Source: Gemmatimonadota bacterium
GTDB lineage: Bacteria; Gemmatimonadota; Gemmatimonadetes; Longimicrobiales; Gaopeijiaceae
Direction of reading: 5' to 3'
Assembly: GCA_034521595.1 (NCBI GenBank)
Contig: JAXHMG010000003.1
Span: 960,001-1,024,000 of the forward strand
DNA length: 64,000 nucleotides
Shown here: positions 38,221 to 49,304 of the stretch, one piece after another
How the letters are laid out: each line of letters begins with the position of its first letter
How positions within the stretch are numbered: position 1 is the stretch's first letter
Notes under the pieces: generated by a model
The model's database searches: none
Seen by the model: only the letters and a program-made list of their open reading frames with translations
What the model was told of the DNA's origin: nothing
Position numbers and translations under genes: made by a program

Positions 38221-39500
38221 GCGGGAAGACGTTGTTGCGGGGAGGACGGGTCGTCGACCCCAGCCAGGAGCTCGACGGCGTGAGGGACGTGCTCCTCGAG
38301 AGCGGGAAGGTCGTCTCCGTCGAGGCGGACACCACCGCCCCGGAGGACGCGGAGGTGGTGGACTGTACCGGCCTGGTCGTCACCCCGGGTCTGATCGACG
38401 TGCATGTGCACCTGCGTGAGCCGGGCGAAGAGCACAAGGAGACGATCGCCTCCGGTGCCGCGGCCGCTGCCGCGGGAGGGTTCACGGCCGTCTGTGCCAT
38501 GCCCAACACGGATCCTCCGATCGATGACCCGGCGGGCGTGGGCTTCGTGGCCGCGGAAGGACGGCGGGCCGGCAAGGCCCGGGTCTACCCGGTCGGCTGC
38601 ATCTCGGTCGGACGCGCGGGTGAGCGCCTCGCGCTCGTCGGCGAGATGGTGCAGGCGGGAGCGGTTGCGATCACCGACGACGGAAGCCCGGTCATGGACT
38701 CGGGGCTCATGCGCATGGCGCTCGAATACGCGCGGGCCTTCGACATCCCGGTCGCGGATCATCCGGAAGACATCGGCCTCTCACGTGACGGACACATGAA
38801 CGAAGGGCTCGTGTCGACCAGGCTCGGGCTCGTGGGGAAGCCGAACGCCTCCGAGGACGTCCACATCGTGCGGGACCTGCTCGTGGCGGAGCTGACCGGA
38901 GGCCACATCCACCTCCAGCACGTCTCCACCCGCTTCGGCGTCGAGTCCATCCGTCAAGCGAAGGCCCGCGGCGTGCGGGTCACGGCGGAAGCTTCGCCCC
39001 ACCACCTGGTCCTGACCCACGAAGCCGTCGAAGGCTACCGGACGGAGGCGAAGATGAACCCGCCCCTGCGGAGCGAAGAGGACCGGGCCGCGGTCCGGGC
39101 GGGACTCGCCGACGGGACGCTGGACACGATCGCCACCGACCACGCGCCCCACCACTACGACGAGAAGGAGGCCGCGTTCTCCGACGCCCCGAACGGGATC
39201 GTCGGGCTCGAAACGGCGCTCGGGGTCGTGCTCACCGAGGTCGTGGCGGAGGGCGTCATCGACCTGAGCACAATGGTGGAGCGGATGAGCTGCGCGCCGG
39301 CGCGCGCGTTCGAGCTACCGGGAGGGACCTTGGAGCCGGGTCATCCGGCCGACGTGACCGTGTTCGATCCCGAGGCCACGTGGACGGTCGAGCCCGCCCG
39401 GTTCGTGTCCAAGAGCCGGAACACGCCCTTCGTGGACTGGGAGCTGCGGGGGCGTGCCGTGCGGACCATCGTCGACGGGCGCACCGTCTGGTCGCGCTGA
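38217..39500 (+). CDS. pyrC: Dihydroorotase
   Basis: [30 protein letters not shown]. Confidence 0.95.
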   Translation: MSGKTLLRGGRVVDPSQELDGVRDVLLESGKVVSVEADTTAPEDAEVVDCTGLVVTPGLIDVHVHLREPGEEHKETIASGAAAAAAGGFTAVCAMPNTDPPIDDPAGVGFVAAEGRRAGKARVYPVGCISVGRAGERLALVGEMVQAGAVAITDDGSPVMDSGLMRMALEYARAFDIPVADHPEDIGLSRDGHMNEGLVSTRLGLVGKPNASEDVHIVRDLLVAELTGGHIHLQHVSTRFGVESIRQAKARGVRVTAEASPHHLVLTHEAVEGYRTEAKMNPPLRSEEDRAAVRAGLADGTLDTIATDHAPHHYDEKEAAFSDAPNGIVGLETALGVVLTEVVAEGVIDLSTMVERMSCAPARAFELPGGTLEPGHPADVTVFDPEATWTVEPARFVSKSRNTPFVDWELRGRAVRTIVDGRTVWSR

Positions 39501-39515
39501 CTCTCGCACACACGA

Positions 39516-39549
39516 AAGACCCGGGCCGCCGTTCGGTGGCCCGGGTCTT
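39516..39549. terminator. Stem-loop between convergent pyrC and rpsT
   Basis: AAGACCCGGGCCGCC-GTTC-GGTGGCCCGGGTCTT. Confidence 0.75.
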
Positions 39550-39601
39550 CGGCTCTTTGACGAAGCGGGGAGCGTTCAAGCGCTCCCGGAGTCGATCGGG
39601 A

Positions 39602-39853
39602 TTACAGCGTGTTCACGTGCCGGGTGAGGCTGCTCTTGATGCGCGCGACCCGATTCGGATGCACCAACCGACGTGTGGCGGCGCGGTCGAGCAGGGCGAA
39701 AGCCTCACGGAGGAGCGTCGTGGCTTCCTCTTGGGAAGTGGATTCACGCACCCTCTTGACCGCAGTGCGCACACGTGCGCGCTCGGCCCGGTTCTTGGTC
39801 CGGGCGCGGGCACTGAGATTCATGCGCTTCTTCGCGCTCTTGATGTTCGGCAT
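39602..39853 (-). CDS. rpsT: 30S ribosomal protein S20
   Basis: MPNIKSAKKR...VHPNRVARIKSSL. Confidence 0.95.
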   Translation of the reverse strand: MPNIKSAKKRMNLSARARTKNRAERARVRTAVKRVRESTSQEEATTLLREAFALLDRAATRRLVHPNRVARIKSSLTRHVNTL

Positions 39854-39967
39854 GGGTCGCTCGTGGACCGGTTTTTCGACAACTTGTGAGCCACGTAAGC
39901 TAGATCCGACCGGCAATGCGATCAACCGCCTCTTTTCCACCCCTTCGAGAGACTCGCTGACACCCGT

Positions 39968-40621
39968 ATGGACGCACTCGTGCTCATCGTCGTGCTCCTC
40001 TTCTCGATCGTCGTCCACGAAGTGGCGCACGCCTGGCAGGCGCGCAGGGAGGGGGACGACCTGGCGGAGCGCCTTGGCCGCATCACCTTGAACCCGATTC
40101 CCCACCTCGATCCCTTCGGATCCGTCCTGGTGCCGTTTCTGTTGTACGTCTCGGGCACGGGCATCCTGTTCGGATGGGCCAAGCCCGTGCCGGTCGACCC
40201 GTCTCGCTACCGCGATCCCGTATGGGGTGACGTGCGGGTCTCGATGGCCGGGATCGTGTCGAACCTGGGGCTCGTGGTGCTCGCCACGCTCGGCGCGGTC
40301 GCCCTGCTCGTCGCCGAGGGTTGGGTGGGCCCGCTAGGGACCGTGGGAGACGTGTGGCTGCGGGCCATGGAGTACGGGATCCTGATCAACCTGCTCCTCG
40401 CCTTCTTCAACCTCTTGCCCATTCCGCCCCTCGACGGATCGCACGTGGTCTTCCACATGCTGCCGGAGGGGCTTCGTTACCGGTACCGGGAGCTCGGACG
40501 CTACGGGCTGCTGATCCTCATCGGTCTGCTCTTCCTGATCCCCGGGCTGTTCCGCATCGTCCTCTGGCCCGTTTTCTTCTTCCGAGGGCTGGCCGACAGC
40601 TTCATCCGCCTGTGGATCTGA
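39968..40621 (+). CDS. Site-2 protease (M50) family
   Basis: HEVAH and FNLLPIPPLDG. Confidence 0.92.
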   Translation: MDALVLIVVLLFSIVVHEVAHAWQARREGDDLAERLGRITLNPIPHLDPFGSVLVPFLLYVSGTGILFGWAKPVPVDPSRYRDPVWGDVRVSMAGIVSNLGLVVLATLGAVALLVAEGWVGPLGTVGDVWLRAMEYGILINLLLAFFNLLPIPPLDGSHVVFHMLPEGLRYRYRELGRYGLLILIGLLFLIPGLFRIVLWPVFFFRGLADSFIRLWI

Positions 40622-41418
40622 CCGTCGGCGAAGGCGCGCCCGAGCGCGGAGGCTTCTTTCTCGTCGACATCGAGCGGTTCCAGGGGCCGCTCGATCTCCT
40701 GCTGCATTTGATCCGCACGCAGGATATCGACATCCTCGACATCCCGATCGCGCGGATCACCGATCAGTTTCTCGTCGCCATCCAAGAGCTGGCCGTCGAC
40801 GACCTGGACGGGGCGGGCGAGTTCCTCGAGATGGCGGCGACGCTGGTGCGCATCAAGGCCCAGATGCTGTTGCCGCGGCCCGCCGAGGAGGAGGAAGAAG
40901 ACCCTCGTGCCGAGCTCGTGCGCCGTCTCCTGGAATACGAGCAGATCCGTGAGGTGACGCACCGCATGCGGGTCGCGGAGGCCGAGCGGGGCCGCCGGTT
41001 CGCGAAGGGGTACGTCCCGGTGCGGCCGAAGAAGCCGGAGGTGCAGTCCCCGTTGGAGACGACGTGGGAGGAGGTGTACGAAGCCGCCCTGGGCGTGGAG
41101 CTTCCGCACGCGAACGAGCGCACGCACCGCGTGACACCGCGAACGGTTTCGATGGAAGAGAAGTCGGTCCTCATCCTCGATGCGCTCAAGGAGAGCCCCC
41201 GTGTGGAGTTTTCCGGGCTGGTGTCGGGCTTCGGGGAGCGCATGCACGGGGTGATGACGCTGCTCGCCGGCCTCGAGCTGGGCCGCCGCCGCTTGCTCAT
41301 TCTGAGACAGACGCGGCCGTTCGCCGACCTCTGGCTCTACCGCCGTGAAGGGACGGACGACGAGTCCGAGCCGGTCGAGGCCCCCGACGACCCCGAGGCC
41401 GAAGGAGCTCACCCGTGA
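40612..41418 (+). CDS. scpA: Segregation and condensation protein A
   Basis: FQGPLDLLLHLI, EFLEMAATL, DPRAELVRRL. Start approximate. Confidence 0.9.
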   Translation: MDLTVGEGAPERGGFFLVDIERFQGPLDLLLHLIRTQDIDILDIPIARITDQFLVAIQELAVDDLDGAGEFLEMAATLVRIKAQMLLPRPAEEEEEDPRAELVRRLLEYEQIREVTHRMRVAEAERGRRFAKGYVPVRPKKPEVQSPLETTWEEVYEAALGVELPHANERTHRVTPRTVSMEEKSVLILDALKESPRVEFSGLVSGFGERMHGVMTLLAGLELGRRRLLILRQTRPFADLWLYRREGTDDESEPVEAPDDPEAEGAHP

Positions 41419-42041
41419 ATCCGCATCAGATCGTCGAAGCAGTCCTGTTCGCCTCCGACGCGCCGCTCACCGCGGACGAGATCACGCGGGCGGACGAAAC
41501 CCTGGATGAGGACGCGGTGGAAGCGGCGATCGAAGCTCTGAACGCGGAGTACGATGACGCCCAACGGGCGTTCGAGATCGTGGAGCTGGCCGAAGGCTAC
41601 CAGATCCTCACCCGTCCCGAGTTCTCGACCTACCTCGAGCGGTTCGACAACGTACCCCGACCGTCACGCCTCTCGGGGCCGGCGTTGGAAACGCTGGCCA
41701 TCATCGCGTACCGGCAGCCCATCGGCCGGCTCGAGGTGGAGTACATCCGCGGGGTGGGCGCGTCGGGGGTCATCCGCACGCTCCAGGAACGGCGCCTGAT
41801 CGAGGTCGTGGGGCGCGCCGAGAGCCTGGGACGGCCCCTTCTGTACGGCACGACCGGGCACTTCCTCGAACACTTCGGCTTCCGCTCGTTGGAGGACCTG
41901 CCGCGACCGGAGGAGTTGCCCGTGGTGCTCCGCGACCGCCCCGCGCTGGGCGTGGAGGACGAGGTCGAGGGAGCGGAAGACGAGACGAGCGACGCCGAGA
42001 AGGACGGAGGCGCTACCGCGCCGGAGGGCAGCCGCTCGTGA
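41415..42041 (+). CDS. scpB: SMC-Scp complex subunit ScpB
   Basis: EAVLFAS, LETLAIIAYRQP, GRPLLYGTT. Confidence 0.93.
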   Translation: MNPHQIVEAVLFASDAPLTADEITRADETLDEDAVEAAIEALNAEYDDAQRAFEIVELAEGYQILTRPEFSTYLERFDNVPRPSRLSGPALETLAIIAYRQPIGRLEVEYIRGVGASGVIRTLQERRLIEVVGRAESLGRPLLYGTTGHFLEHFGFRSLEDLPRPEELPVVLRDRPALGVEDEVEGAEDETSDAEKDGGATAPEGSRS

Positions 42042-42799
42042 GCGACGGGATGCGCATCCAGAAGTTTCTCTCTCGGGCGGGCAAGGCGTCTCGCCGCGAA
42101 GCCGAGCGCCTCATGCAGGAGGGGCGGGTACGAGTCAACGGCGAGGTGGTCACGGAGCTCGGCACCCGAGTCGACGCGGACCGCGACGCCGTGGAGCTCG
42201 ACGGGGAGCGCGTCACGCAAGAGGCGAAGCGTTGGGTGGCGTTTCACAAGCCACCGGGCGTGCTCACGACACGCTCCGACCCGCATGGCGGCACCACGGT
42301 CTACGACGTGCTTCCCGAAGCGCTGGCGAGCCTCAACTACGTCGGGCGGCTCGATCGGGACGCCGAAGGCCTCCTGCTCATGACCAACGACGGAGACCTG
42401 GCCAACCGCGTTCAGCACCCGAGCGGCGAGGTGGAGCGAGAGTACTGGGTGGAGGCGGCCGGGGTCGTGGATGCGGGGGTGGTGCGCCGACTCACCTCCG
42501 GGGTCCGGCTCGAGGACGGGACGGCGCGGGCTCGCCGGGTTCGGGTGCTCGACGCGGGACCGACCGTCTCCCACCTCAGGCTCGTGCTCACCGAAGGACG
42601 GAAGCGCGAGGTGCGGAGGATGATGAGCGAAGTCGGCCATGGCGTGCTCCGGTTGAAGCGGCTCCGCTTCGGGCCCGTCAGGCTCGACGAGCTACCGCGA
42701 GGAGAGTGGCGCTCGTTGACGCCTCGGGAGCTCGACGGGCTCCGAAAGGTCCGGGCTCGGCCCCGCCGGTCGCGCGGGAAAGGGCGAGCGGACCGGTGA
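42038..42799 (+). CDS. rluB: RsuA/RluB-family pseudouridine synthase
   Basis: S4 domain, GRLD, EGRKREVRRM. Follows scpAB. Confidence 0.85.
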   Translation: MSDGMRIQKFLSRAGKASRREAERLMQEGRVRVNGEVVTELGTRVDADRDAVELDGERVTQEAKRWVAFHKPPGVLTTRSDPHGGTTVYDVLPEALASLNYVGRLDRDAEGLLLMTNDGDLANRVQHPSGEVEREYWVEAAGVVDAGVVRRLTSGVRLEDGTARARRVRVLDAGPTVSHLRLVLTEGRKREVRRMMSEVGHGVLRLKRLRFGPVRLDELPRGEWRSLTPRELDGLRKVRARPRRSRGKGRADR

Positions 42800-42829
42800 C
42801 GCGGCCCGCCGGACTTCTGCCGCCGCCTG

Positions 42830-44290
42830 CTAGTGGTACGACCGGCGCGCCTTCCACGTCTCGCGGTGGAACAGCACCAGAACGGTGTAGATCTCCAGGC
42901 GGCCGACCAGCATGAGGAACGAGAGAATCGCGAGCGCGGGCTCCGACATCCAGCCGTAGTTGTCCGTGGCACCCACGGCGCCGAACCCGGGGCCGACGTT
43001 GCCCACCGTGGCGATGCTCGCGCCGATCGCCGTGAGCGGATCCATCCCCAGCAGGCCCATCACGAGCGCGCCGGACAGACAGAGCAGCAGGTAGAGCACG
43101 ACGAATCCGATCACATGGGCGAGCACGTCTTCCTTGATAGGCTTTCGGCCGATGCGCGCGACGAGGATCGCTCGCGGGTGGAGCGTCTTCCGGATCTCGT
43201 TGAGCGTGTGCTTGAGCAGGAGCAGCACCCGGACCGCCTTGATGCCTCCCCCGGTCGATCCCGCCATGCCACCGACGAAGAAGAGGGTGAAGAGGACCAT
43301 CTGCGCGCCGGGCACCCATGACTCGTAGTCGGCGCTCACGAACCCCGTGGTGGTGATGATCGCGGCGCTCTGGAAGAGGCCGTGTCGGATGGCCGGCTCG
43401 ATCGCGTCGTAGCTCCCCGCGGTCAGGTTCAGCGCGGCTATGACGGCGGCCGCGCCGAGGAGAAGGAGGGTGAAGAAGCGCCATTCCTGATCGCGGACGT
43501 ACATCGGCCGGCCGGTGGCGGCTTTGAAGTGGAGCGCGAAATTCACCCCGGCCAGGTACATGAACGCGATCGTGACCCAGTGGATGTAGGGGGATTCGAA
43601 GGCCGCGAGCGACGCGTCCCTGGTGCTGAATCCCCCTGTCGCGAGCGTCGAGAAGCTGTGGTTGACGGCGTCGAACCATCCGACTCCGCCCGCCACGTAG
43701 AGGAGCGTCTGGACCAGCGTCAGGCCGACGTACACCAGCCACAGGAGCTTGGCGGTCTGCGTGATCCGGGGCCGCAGCCGCTCGGGCGTCGGTCCGGGGA
43801 CCTCGGCCTGGAAGAGCTGCATGCCACCGACGCCGAGGTAGGGCAGGATCGCGATCACCAACACGATGATCCCCATGCCCCCGAGCCAGTGCGTGAGCGA
43901 CCTCCAGAAGAGCATGCCGTGGGACAGCCCTTCGATCTCGGAAAACACGGTGGCGCCCGTCGTGGTGAAGCCGGACATCGCTTCGAAGACGGCGGCGACC
44001 GGCGAACCCAGGGTGCCGGTGAGGAGGTAGGGCAGGGCCCCGAAGATGGCGGTCGCCGCCCACGCGAGGGTCACGATGGCGAAGCCTTCCCGGGTCGTGA
44101 CGTCGCCCTCGAACGTGGTCGTCTTGTAGACCGCACCGCCGACGGTGAAGGTGATCGCGGCGGCCGCGAGGATCGCCAGGGCGGACTCGGCCTCTCCGTA
44201 AATGGCGGCGACGCCCGCCGCCGATGCCATGAAGAGCGCCACGAAGACCTGCAGGAGCCCGACGACGTTCGCGACTTTGCGGAGTGACAT
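42830..44290 (-). CDS. trkH: Trk potassium uptake membrane protein
   Basis: SGFTTTG, WLGGMG, GSTGGG, GRLE. Confidence 0.93.
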   Translation of the reverse strand: MSLRKVANVVGLLQVFVALFMASAAGVAAIYGEAESALAILAAAAITFTVGGAVYKTTTFEGDVTTREGFAIVTLAWAATAIFGALPYLLTGTLGSPVAAVFEAMSGFTTTGATVFSEIEGLSHGMLFWRSLTHWLGGMGIIVLVIAILPYLGVGGMQLFQAEVPGPTPERLRPRITQTAKLLWLVYVGLTLVQTLLYVAGGVGWFDAVNHSFSTLATGGFSTRDASLAAFESPYIHWVTIAFMYLAGVNFALHFKAATGRPMYVRDQEWRFFTLLLLGAAAVIAALNLTAGSYDAIEPAIRHGLFQSAAIITTTGFVSADYESWVPGAQMVLFTLFFVGGMAGSTGGGIKAVRVLLLLKHTLNEIRKTLHPRAILVARIGRKPIKEDVLAHVIGFVVLYLLLCLSGALVMGLLGMDPLTAIGASIATVGNVGPGFGAVGATDNYGWMSEPALAILSFLMLVGRLEIYTVLVLFHRETWKARRSYH

Positions 44291-45633
44291 CAGGAAAACA
44301 TCTGTTCGACGTCGTGGATCGCTGCAGGGAGCGCGAAGACGATGACGTCGTCATCCACGAGGATGCGGTCGTCGCCGCGCGGGACGATGATCTCGTCCCC
44401 GCGAAGGATCGCGCCCACGACTGCGTCCTTGGGGAAGCCCACGTCGCGCAGGGCCTTGCCCGCGATGGGCGCGCCCTCCTCGACCTGAAACTCGATGGCC
44501 TCGGCTTCGATGCCGGCCAGGCTCGCGACCGTGATGACCCGCCCGCGGCGCACGTAGCGGAGGATCGCGTTGACCGTCGAGACCCGTGGTGAGACGCTCG
44601 CGTCGATACCGACCCGTGGAACGATCCCGAGGTACTCGAACTTGTCGATCAGGCTCACCACCTTCCGGGCGCCGATCGACTTGGCCAGCAGGCTCGAGAG
44701 CAGGTTGGTCTCGTCGTTTCCCGTCGCCGCCACGAACCCGTCGATGCCGCTCACCCCTTCCATCTCCAGGAGCTCGAGGTCGGTGGCGTCCGCGTTCAGC
44801 ACGAGCGAGCGCGGGAGCTCTTCGGCCATCTCCACGCAGCGGCGTCGCTCCCGGTCGAGGATCGTACACTCGATCCCGTGCTGTTCCAGGACCTTCGCCA
44901 GGTAGAGTCCTTCGGTGCTCCCTCCCGCGATCATCACGCGACGGAGCGCGAACCGTGGGTGGCCCGCGAGGGGCGGGATGTCCTTCACCTCGTCGGTGGG
45001 AGCGATCAAGTAGATCTGATCGCCAACCTCGACGGTCGAGTTCGGGCCGGGCACTTCCGTGACCCCGTCGCGCACGATCGCGGCGGTGACGTAGTGACGG
45101 TCCTCGAGCTCCTCGCCGAGGGTGAGAAGCGTGCGCCCCGCGATCGGCGCGCCTTCGAGCACTTTGAGCCCGATGAGCTGAAGCCTTCCTTCCGCGAAGT
45201 GCGCGACATCGGTGGCGGCGGAGCTCTGGAGGAGCTGATACGTCTCCCAGGCGCACTCCCGTTCCGGGTTGACCATCAGGTCGATGCCCATCTGTTCGCG
45301 CGAAAGCACCGAAGAACGGTTGTAGTACTCCGGGTTCGAGATCCTCGCGACGGTGTACTCGACCCCGAGCTTTCTCGCCGTCAGGCAGGAGATGAGGTTG
45401 ACTTCGTCGCGACTGGTCACCGCCATGATGACGCGCGCGTTCCGCACCTCCGCCTCCTCGAGGACCGACATCGACGCACCGTTGCCGACGATGGTGAGCA
45501 CGTCGAGCTGTTGCTGCGCGAACTCCGCGCGGTCCGGATCGGTCTCGATCAGGACCACGTCATGATCTTCCTCGGAGAGGCGCTGGGCGAGATGAAATCC
45601 CACCTCTCCCGCGCCCACGATGACCACTCTCAC
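44290..45633 (-). CDS. trkA: Trk potassium uptake NAD-binding protein
   Basis: VVIVGAGEVG and two RCK repeats. Confidence 0.93.
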   Translation of the reverse strand: MRVVIVGAGEVGFHLAQRLSEEDHDVVLIETDPDRAEFAQQQLDVLTIVGNGASMSVLEEAEVRNARVIMAVTSRDEVNLISCLTARKLGVEYTVARISNPEYYNRSSVLSREQMGIDLMVNPERECAWETYQLLQSSAATDVAHFAEGRLQLIGLKVLEGAPIAGRTLLTLGEELEDRHYVTAAIVRDGVTEVPGPNSTVEVGDQIYLIAPTDEVKDIPPLAGHPRFALRRVMIAGGSTEGLYLAKVLEQHGIECTILDRERRRCVEMAEELPRSLVLNADATDLELLEMEGVSGIDGFVAATGNDETNLLSSLLAKSIGARKVVSLIDKFEYLGIVPRVGIDASVSPRVSTVNAILRYVRRGRVITVASLAGIEAEAIEFQVEEGAPIAGKALRDVGFPKDAVVGAILRGDEIIVPRGDDRILVDDDVIVFALPAAIHDVEQMFS

Positions 45634-45765
45634 TGCGAGGGGTCTCCCGTTTGAGAAAAAAGGCACCGCATCGGCGTACGACCCGTCGGAAAGTAGCGCG
45701 ATCGCGCGTGTTTCGTAGGCGCCCCGTGGTGTCGTGGAAGGAGGTCGCTATCTTTTCGGTCCTTC

Positions 45766-45839
45766 GGGCCCGTAGCTCAGTTGGTCAGAGCAGCCGACTC
45801 ATAATCGGTAGGTCGCAGGTTCAAGTCCTGCCGGGCCCA
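45766..45839 (+). tRNA. tRNA-Ile2 (anticodon CAT, lysidine type); CCA not encoded
   Basis: GGGCCCG acceptor stem, TAGCTCAGTTGG D arm, GCCGA-CTCATAA-TCGGT anticodon arm, GGTTCAAGTCC T arm. The anticodon arm resembles ileX-type rather than Met tRNAs. Confidence 0.9.
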
Positions 45840-45852
45840 CTGGCAGACCTCC

Positions 45853-46530
45853 TCAATCCCCCTCCGGGTCGGGCGGTAGGCGGACTCTTGAACCCCGGTG
45901 GCTACCTGCTCCATCGTATCGATGTCGGGCTGCTGGTAGATGTTTGCCAGCACGTGCGCGCCCTTTCCAGCCGCCGAGGTGAGCGACGTCGCGCAAGGGC
46001 AGGTCGTTGCGGGCGGCGGCGATGCTCCGGAGGCAGTGCCACCCCTGGCCCTTCCGTCGCGGCACGCCCGCCGCCTTCTCGGTCCGCTTCCACCACTTCG
46101 TCGCCAGGCAGACGTCGATCGAGCCCTCGCTCGCGGGGGCGGGGAACATCGGGGCGTCACCGATCCCCGGTCGCTGTCGCATCATGCGCTGAAGCTCCGC
46201 ACGCAACCGCGGCGTGACCGGCGCCACCCACTCCCGCCCGAGCTTGTCGCTCTCGGCCCTCCAGCGAAGAGCGCCGTAGCTTGCCATTGGGGAGCCAGCT
46301 CCGAATACCTGAGGGCGACGATGGCCCCGATGCGACGACCGGCTCCGCCGGCGATCACCAGTAGCGAACTATGAAGGGATGGACCTGGTCTCCCGCCTCG
46401 ACCATGGCCTCGAACTCGGCGTCATCGAGCCATTCCCTCTTAGGGTTCTTCTCGGACGGGACCTTGAGGCCGCGGGTCGGGTCCTGGCTGAGTATGAACG
46501 ACCCGTTCGGACGCCGGGATGCGGCAGCCC
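45853..46530 (-). pseudogene. Tyrosine recombinase/integrase, truncated and frameshifted
   Basis: Fragments PTRGLKVPSEKNPKREWL, GRRIGAIVALRY, GWHCLR, VAHLGGWK and IYQQPD, lying immediately 3' of the tRNA. Confidence 0.75.
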
Positions 46531-46749
46531 ATCGCAGACCTGCGCCACCGCCGGGATTGTCGGAGGGCTCCAGTCCATGAGGATGGCGTCGGCTGCGTTG
46601 AAGAAAATCGAAAAAGGGGCCGACGAACACCGTTGCGCCCCAAGATCCGTGCTCACCATTGACCGGGTCCTTCTCAACGATGTCATCCGCCGTGTGGCTC
46701 ACTGGCAGTCCCATCGACTCCCTGCAGTGGCGCAAAATCCCGCATTCAT

Positions 46750-47802
46750 TCAATCAGTGCCCACTTTCCTCCGGTCCCATTCAGGAGCCATCGTCAGTAG
46801 CGCATCTTCAGCCCCTCCGCAATCGTACACTGGATATCCGGACCTGAGACGGCGGAGATTTAGATACGCATGTAGCTCAAAGCCCCTTTCAGGGGCGCAC
46901 ATACTCAGCGCACGCCATCAGTTACGATGAGCCGATCGCAGTCTGGACGGTCCTCTGCGTATGCTTGTGCTGGAGAGAGCGGACAAACAGGAGTTGCCCA
47001 TCTTTTTTGCCTCGACGACGACGCGGAGGGAACCGTCGGAGCGAGGGAGCCTATCGAACAACGCGACATCGACCCGGTTCCACTCCACTGCCATCCGCTG
47101 GGGTGTCCACCCGAGCGCCCGGAGAAGTGGCGTCACCAGATAAGCAACGGTTTCATGCTCCACGGCCGGCTCAGCGTCGTAATCATTTCGCGATCCGCAT
47201 CAACTCACCTATCTGGCTCACGAGGAATTGATAGACGAATGGCTACACCTCGGTCAAGAGGAACTCGGAAATAGCATCAATGCCGGTCTCGATGCCCGTC
47301 ACCGTCGACAGGCAGGTCGACGAGTTCCCGTTCCCACGCGTGCTGCGGGACCTCGAGTTCCTCAAGCCACTTCTCTACCGCCGGGCTGTCCAGCTCTTGG
47401 GGTATCACCGAGCTTCATGGCGTAGGTTTCAAATTCCCTAGCGCCGTTCTCCGCTCACAACCAGCGCACTCGCCGAACGTGTTGTAGATCCCAACCATCA
47501 ACATCGCCGAATTCGTCGCTCCAGAGATATTCACCGACGACCTCACCCACCCCGAGGACACGAGCAGTTCCCGTGCGCAGAACCACAATTTCGCCACTCT
47601 TCATCTCGTCGCAGAAGCGTCGAAGGTCCGTGAGCTTCCGCGCTGAGCGGCCGGCCCGGCGGAGGTCATCTTCGCACCCTGGCCAAGGGCCGGCAGACCC
47701 GGGTCCATTGAGAATGACATCCCACCTTAGGCATAGGCGGGCATAGTTTCGGTCTGTATCACCTGCTGCTTGCTGCCAAACTGTCTTGCCCGTGATGTCC
47801 AT
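46750..47802 (-). CDS. PUA/EVE-like N-domain fused to HsdR_N-like PD-(D/E)XK nuclease (frameshifted)
   Basis: N-part MKSGEIVVLRTG...GVGEVVGEY...HVRRVRWL. C-part PLLRALGW...VDVAL...VVEAKK...IVTDG. Confidence 0.6.
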
Positions 47803-47833
47803 GTCTGCTCAGACGGATTGCGAGGTGAAGGGT

Positions 47834-47857
47834 GAAGAACGTTCAGGCTTGTTATGT
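47834..47857 (-). repeat. Collapsed attC remnant
   Basis: GAAC-GTTCAG left end joined directly to CTT-GTTATGTGA right end of the other sites. Confidence 0.45.
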
Positions 47858-47909
47858 GAGGTTCTGGGCCACCACTACCGCTGCTGGCTCTTCCCTCCAG
47901 GCGCAGCTC

Positions 47910-48750
47910 CTACACGGAGAAGAGGTCGATCCGAAAGTCCTCAACTCTTCGCTGCCCCGAAGGGTCGTCCCAACTGACAACTACCTCGAACTCAGTCGGC
48001 GAACCCATTGTGGGGGCCGCCAAGACGGAGACTGATTCACCCGGACGCAGCTTCGGAGCCGGGAACTTCCTTTCTCGTTCGTCCCCGACCAAGATCTTCT
48101 CATGACCACCGTTCAATGGAATGAGCTCCTGAAGATCAACATTCGTCGCTTCTGCGTTGCCAGTATTGATGAACTCAACTCGGCGGGTGCTTCCCGATCC
48201 GTGGCGTATCACCTGGACCGAAACGAACGCTTCGGCGTCGTCCGGTTGATGAGAAGCCGAATCCTCCATGGGCTCGACTGAAGGTGGATCCTCCTCAAGC
48301 ACTTCCGCAATGACGTCGTCCAACGCAAGAACGTGATGCGCCAGCTGAACAGCGGTCGTCTCAACTAGCATGTTTGCCACTGTGCTCAACAGCAAGGAGT
48401 TCGAGACGAAGCGCTCCATTGCTGGCGCAGCTCGGGGTTGTCGTCGTGAAATACCGAGCCGTAGAGCCAAGCTTCGAAGACGTCTGCGTGGGTCAGCCCA
48501 TCGAGCTCGACGTCTTTGCTCCTCAGCACGTCTAGATAACTGGCGCGTAAGCGTGAGAGGTGAGGGCGACGGTCCTCGCAGGACTTGGCTAAGATGTTGA
48601 GCGCGGTCAGAAAAAGCGCGCTCTTGTTGCATCTCCGCTAGCATACGTCCGACGGAGTGCGATCATGAAGGAAATGCAAGCGCTCGCTATCGTGACCCCT
48701 CCGGGAAACCGATAGCTGACTTCCGGAACGCGCGGATATGGAGACGCCGA
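47910..48750 (-). CDS. Hypothetical protein with C-terminal Ig-like beta domain (cassette gene; 5' end uncertain)
   Basis: ORF 47910..48644 with INTGNAEATNV...LRPGESV...VSWDD pattern. Confidence 0.45.
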
Positions 48751-48903
48751 CATCGCCTCCAGACCGAATGATGGTCGACTCCAGGATATCTCGGCCGCAG
48801 CGCGGCGGACCGCCCGGAGTCGCGCTAGTTCATCCGCTTCAAACAAGGGCTCCCACGCCTCCGACGTTCCCGTTCAGGATTCCCGCACGTTCAGAACCGA
48901 ACG

Positions 48904-49022
48904 TCACAACGTCTCGCGCTTCCGCCGCACGCCCAACATGGTCGACTCACAGCGCAAGCTGCAAGGCGAGCGCTGCGGACCCATCTACCCTGTCCGCGAC
49001 AGCAGCAAACGCATTATTCAGC
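48904..49022 (-). repeat. Probable attC site (119 bp)
   Basis: Minus strand GCTGAAT-AATGCGTTTGCTGC ... GCGGCGGAAGCGCGAGAC-GTTGTGA. Confidence 0.5.
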
Positions 49023-49304
49023 CGATACCGTCGAGACAGGGGATCGTACTGGCGATTGAGAAACGCCGAGACCGACTGCTCCCGTGGGGGCATTTGAGGT
49101 TGTACTGCACTTGCCTCACAGGCAGGTGCGGATCCGCGGCGCCTGAGGCGACTCACGGACTGGCGGGCCAGAAACTGAGCGAAAACCATGACCGGTCTAC
49201 GCGGGCCAAGTGAGTCCCGGTCAGCGGCTACGCCGGGCGCTCGAAATCCGGAACGGCTTCTTATAAGTTTGACTATGCACCGAAGAACTCGGAGAGGTCC
49301 CCGT

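Noticed and set aside
16732-45666. Many long overlapping ORFs (e.g. 19781..22531, 22851..25550, 28071..30044)
   Set aside because: These are shadow frames of high-GC genes, Arg/Gly/Pro-rich with no motifs, and they overlap well-supported CDSs.
45766-45839. tRNA-Met assignment from the CAT anticodon
   Set aside because: It lacks the initiator features (three G-C pairs in the anticodon stem, unpaired position 1) and resembles ileX-type tRNAs. Elongator Met is not fully excluded without a model search.
45853-46530. Tyrosine recombinase as the integron integrase of the attC array
   Set aside because: It lies at the distal end next to the tRNA, in the same orientation as the cassettes, and I see no IntI-specific insertion. 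It fits an island integrase better.
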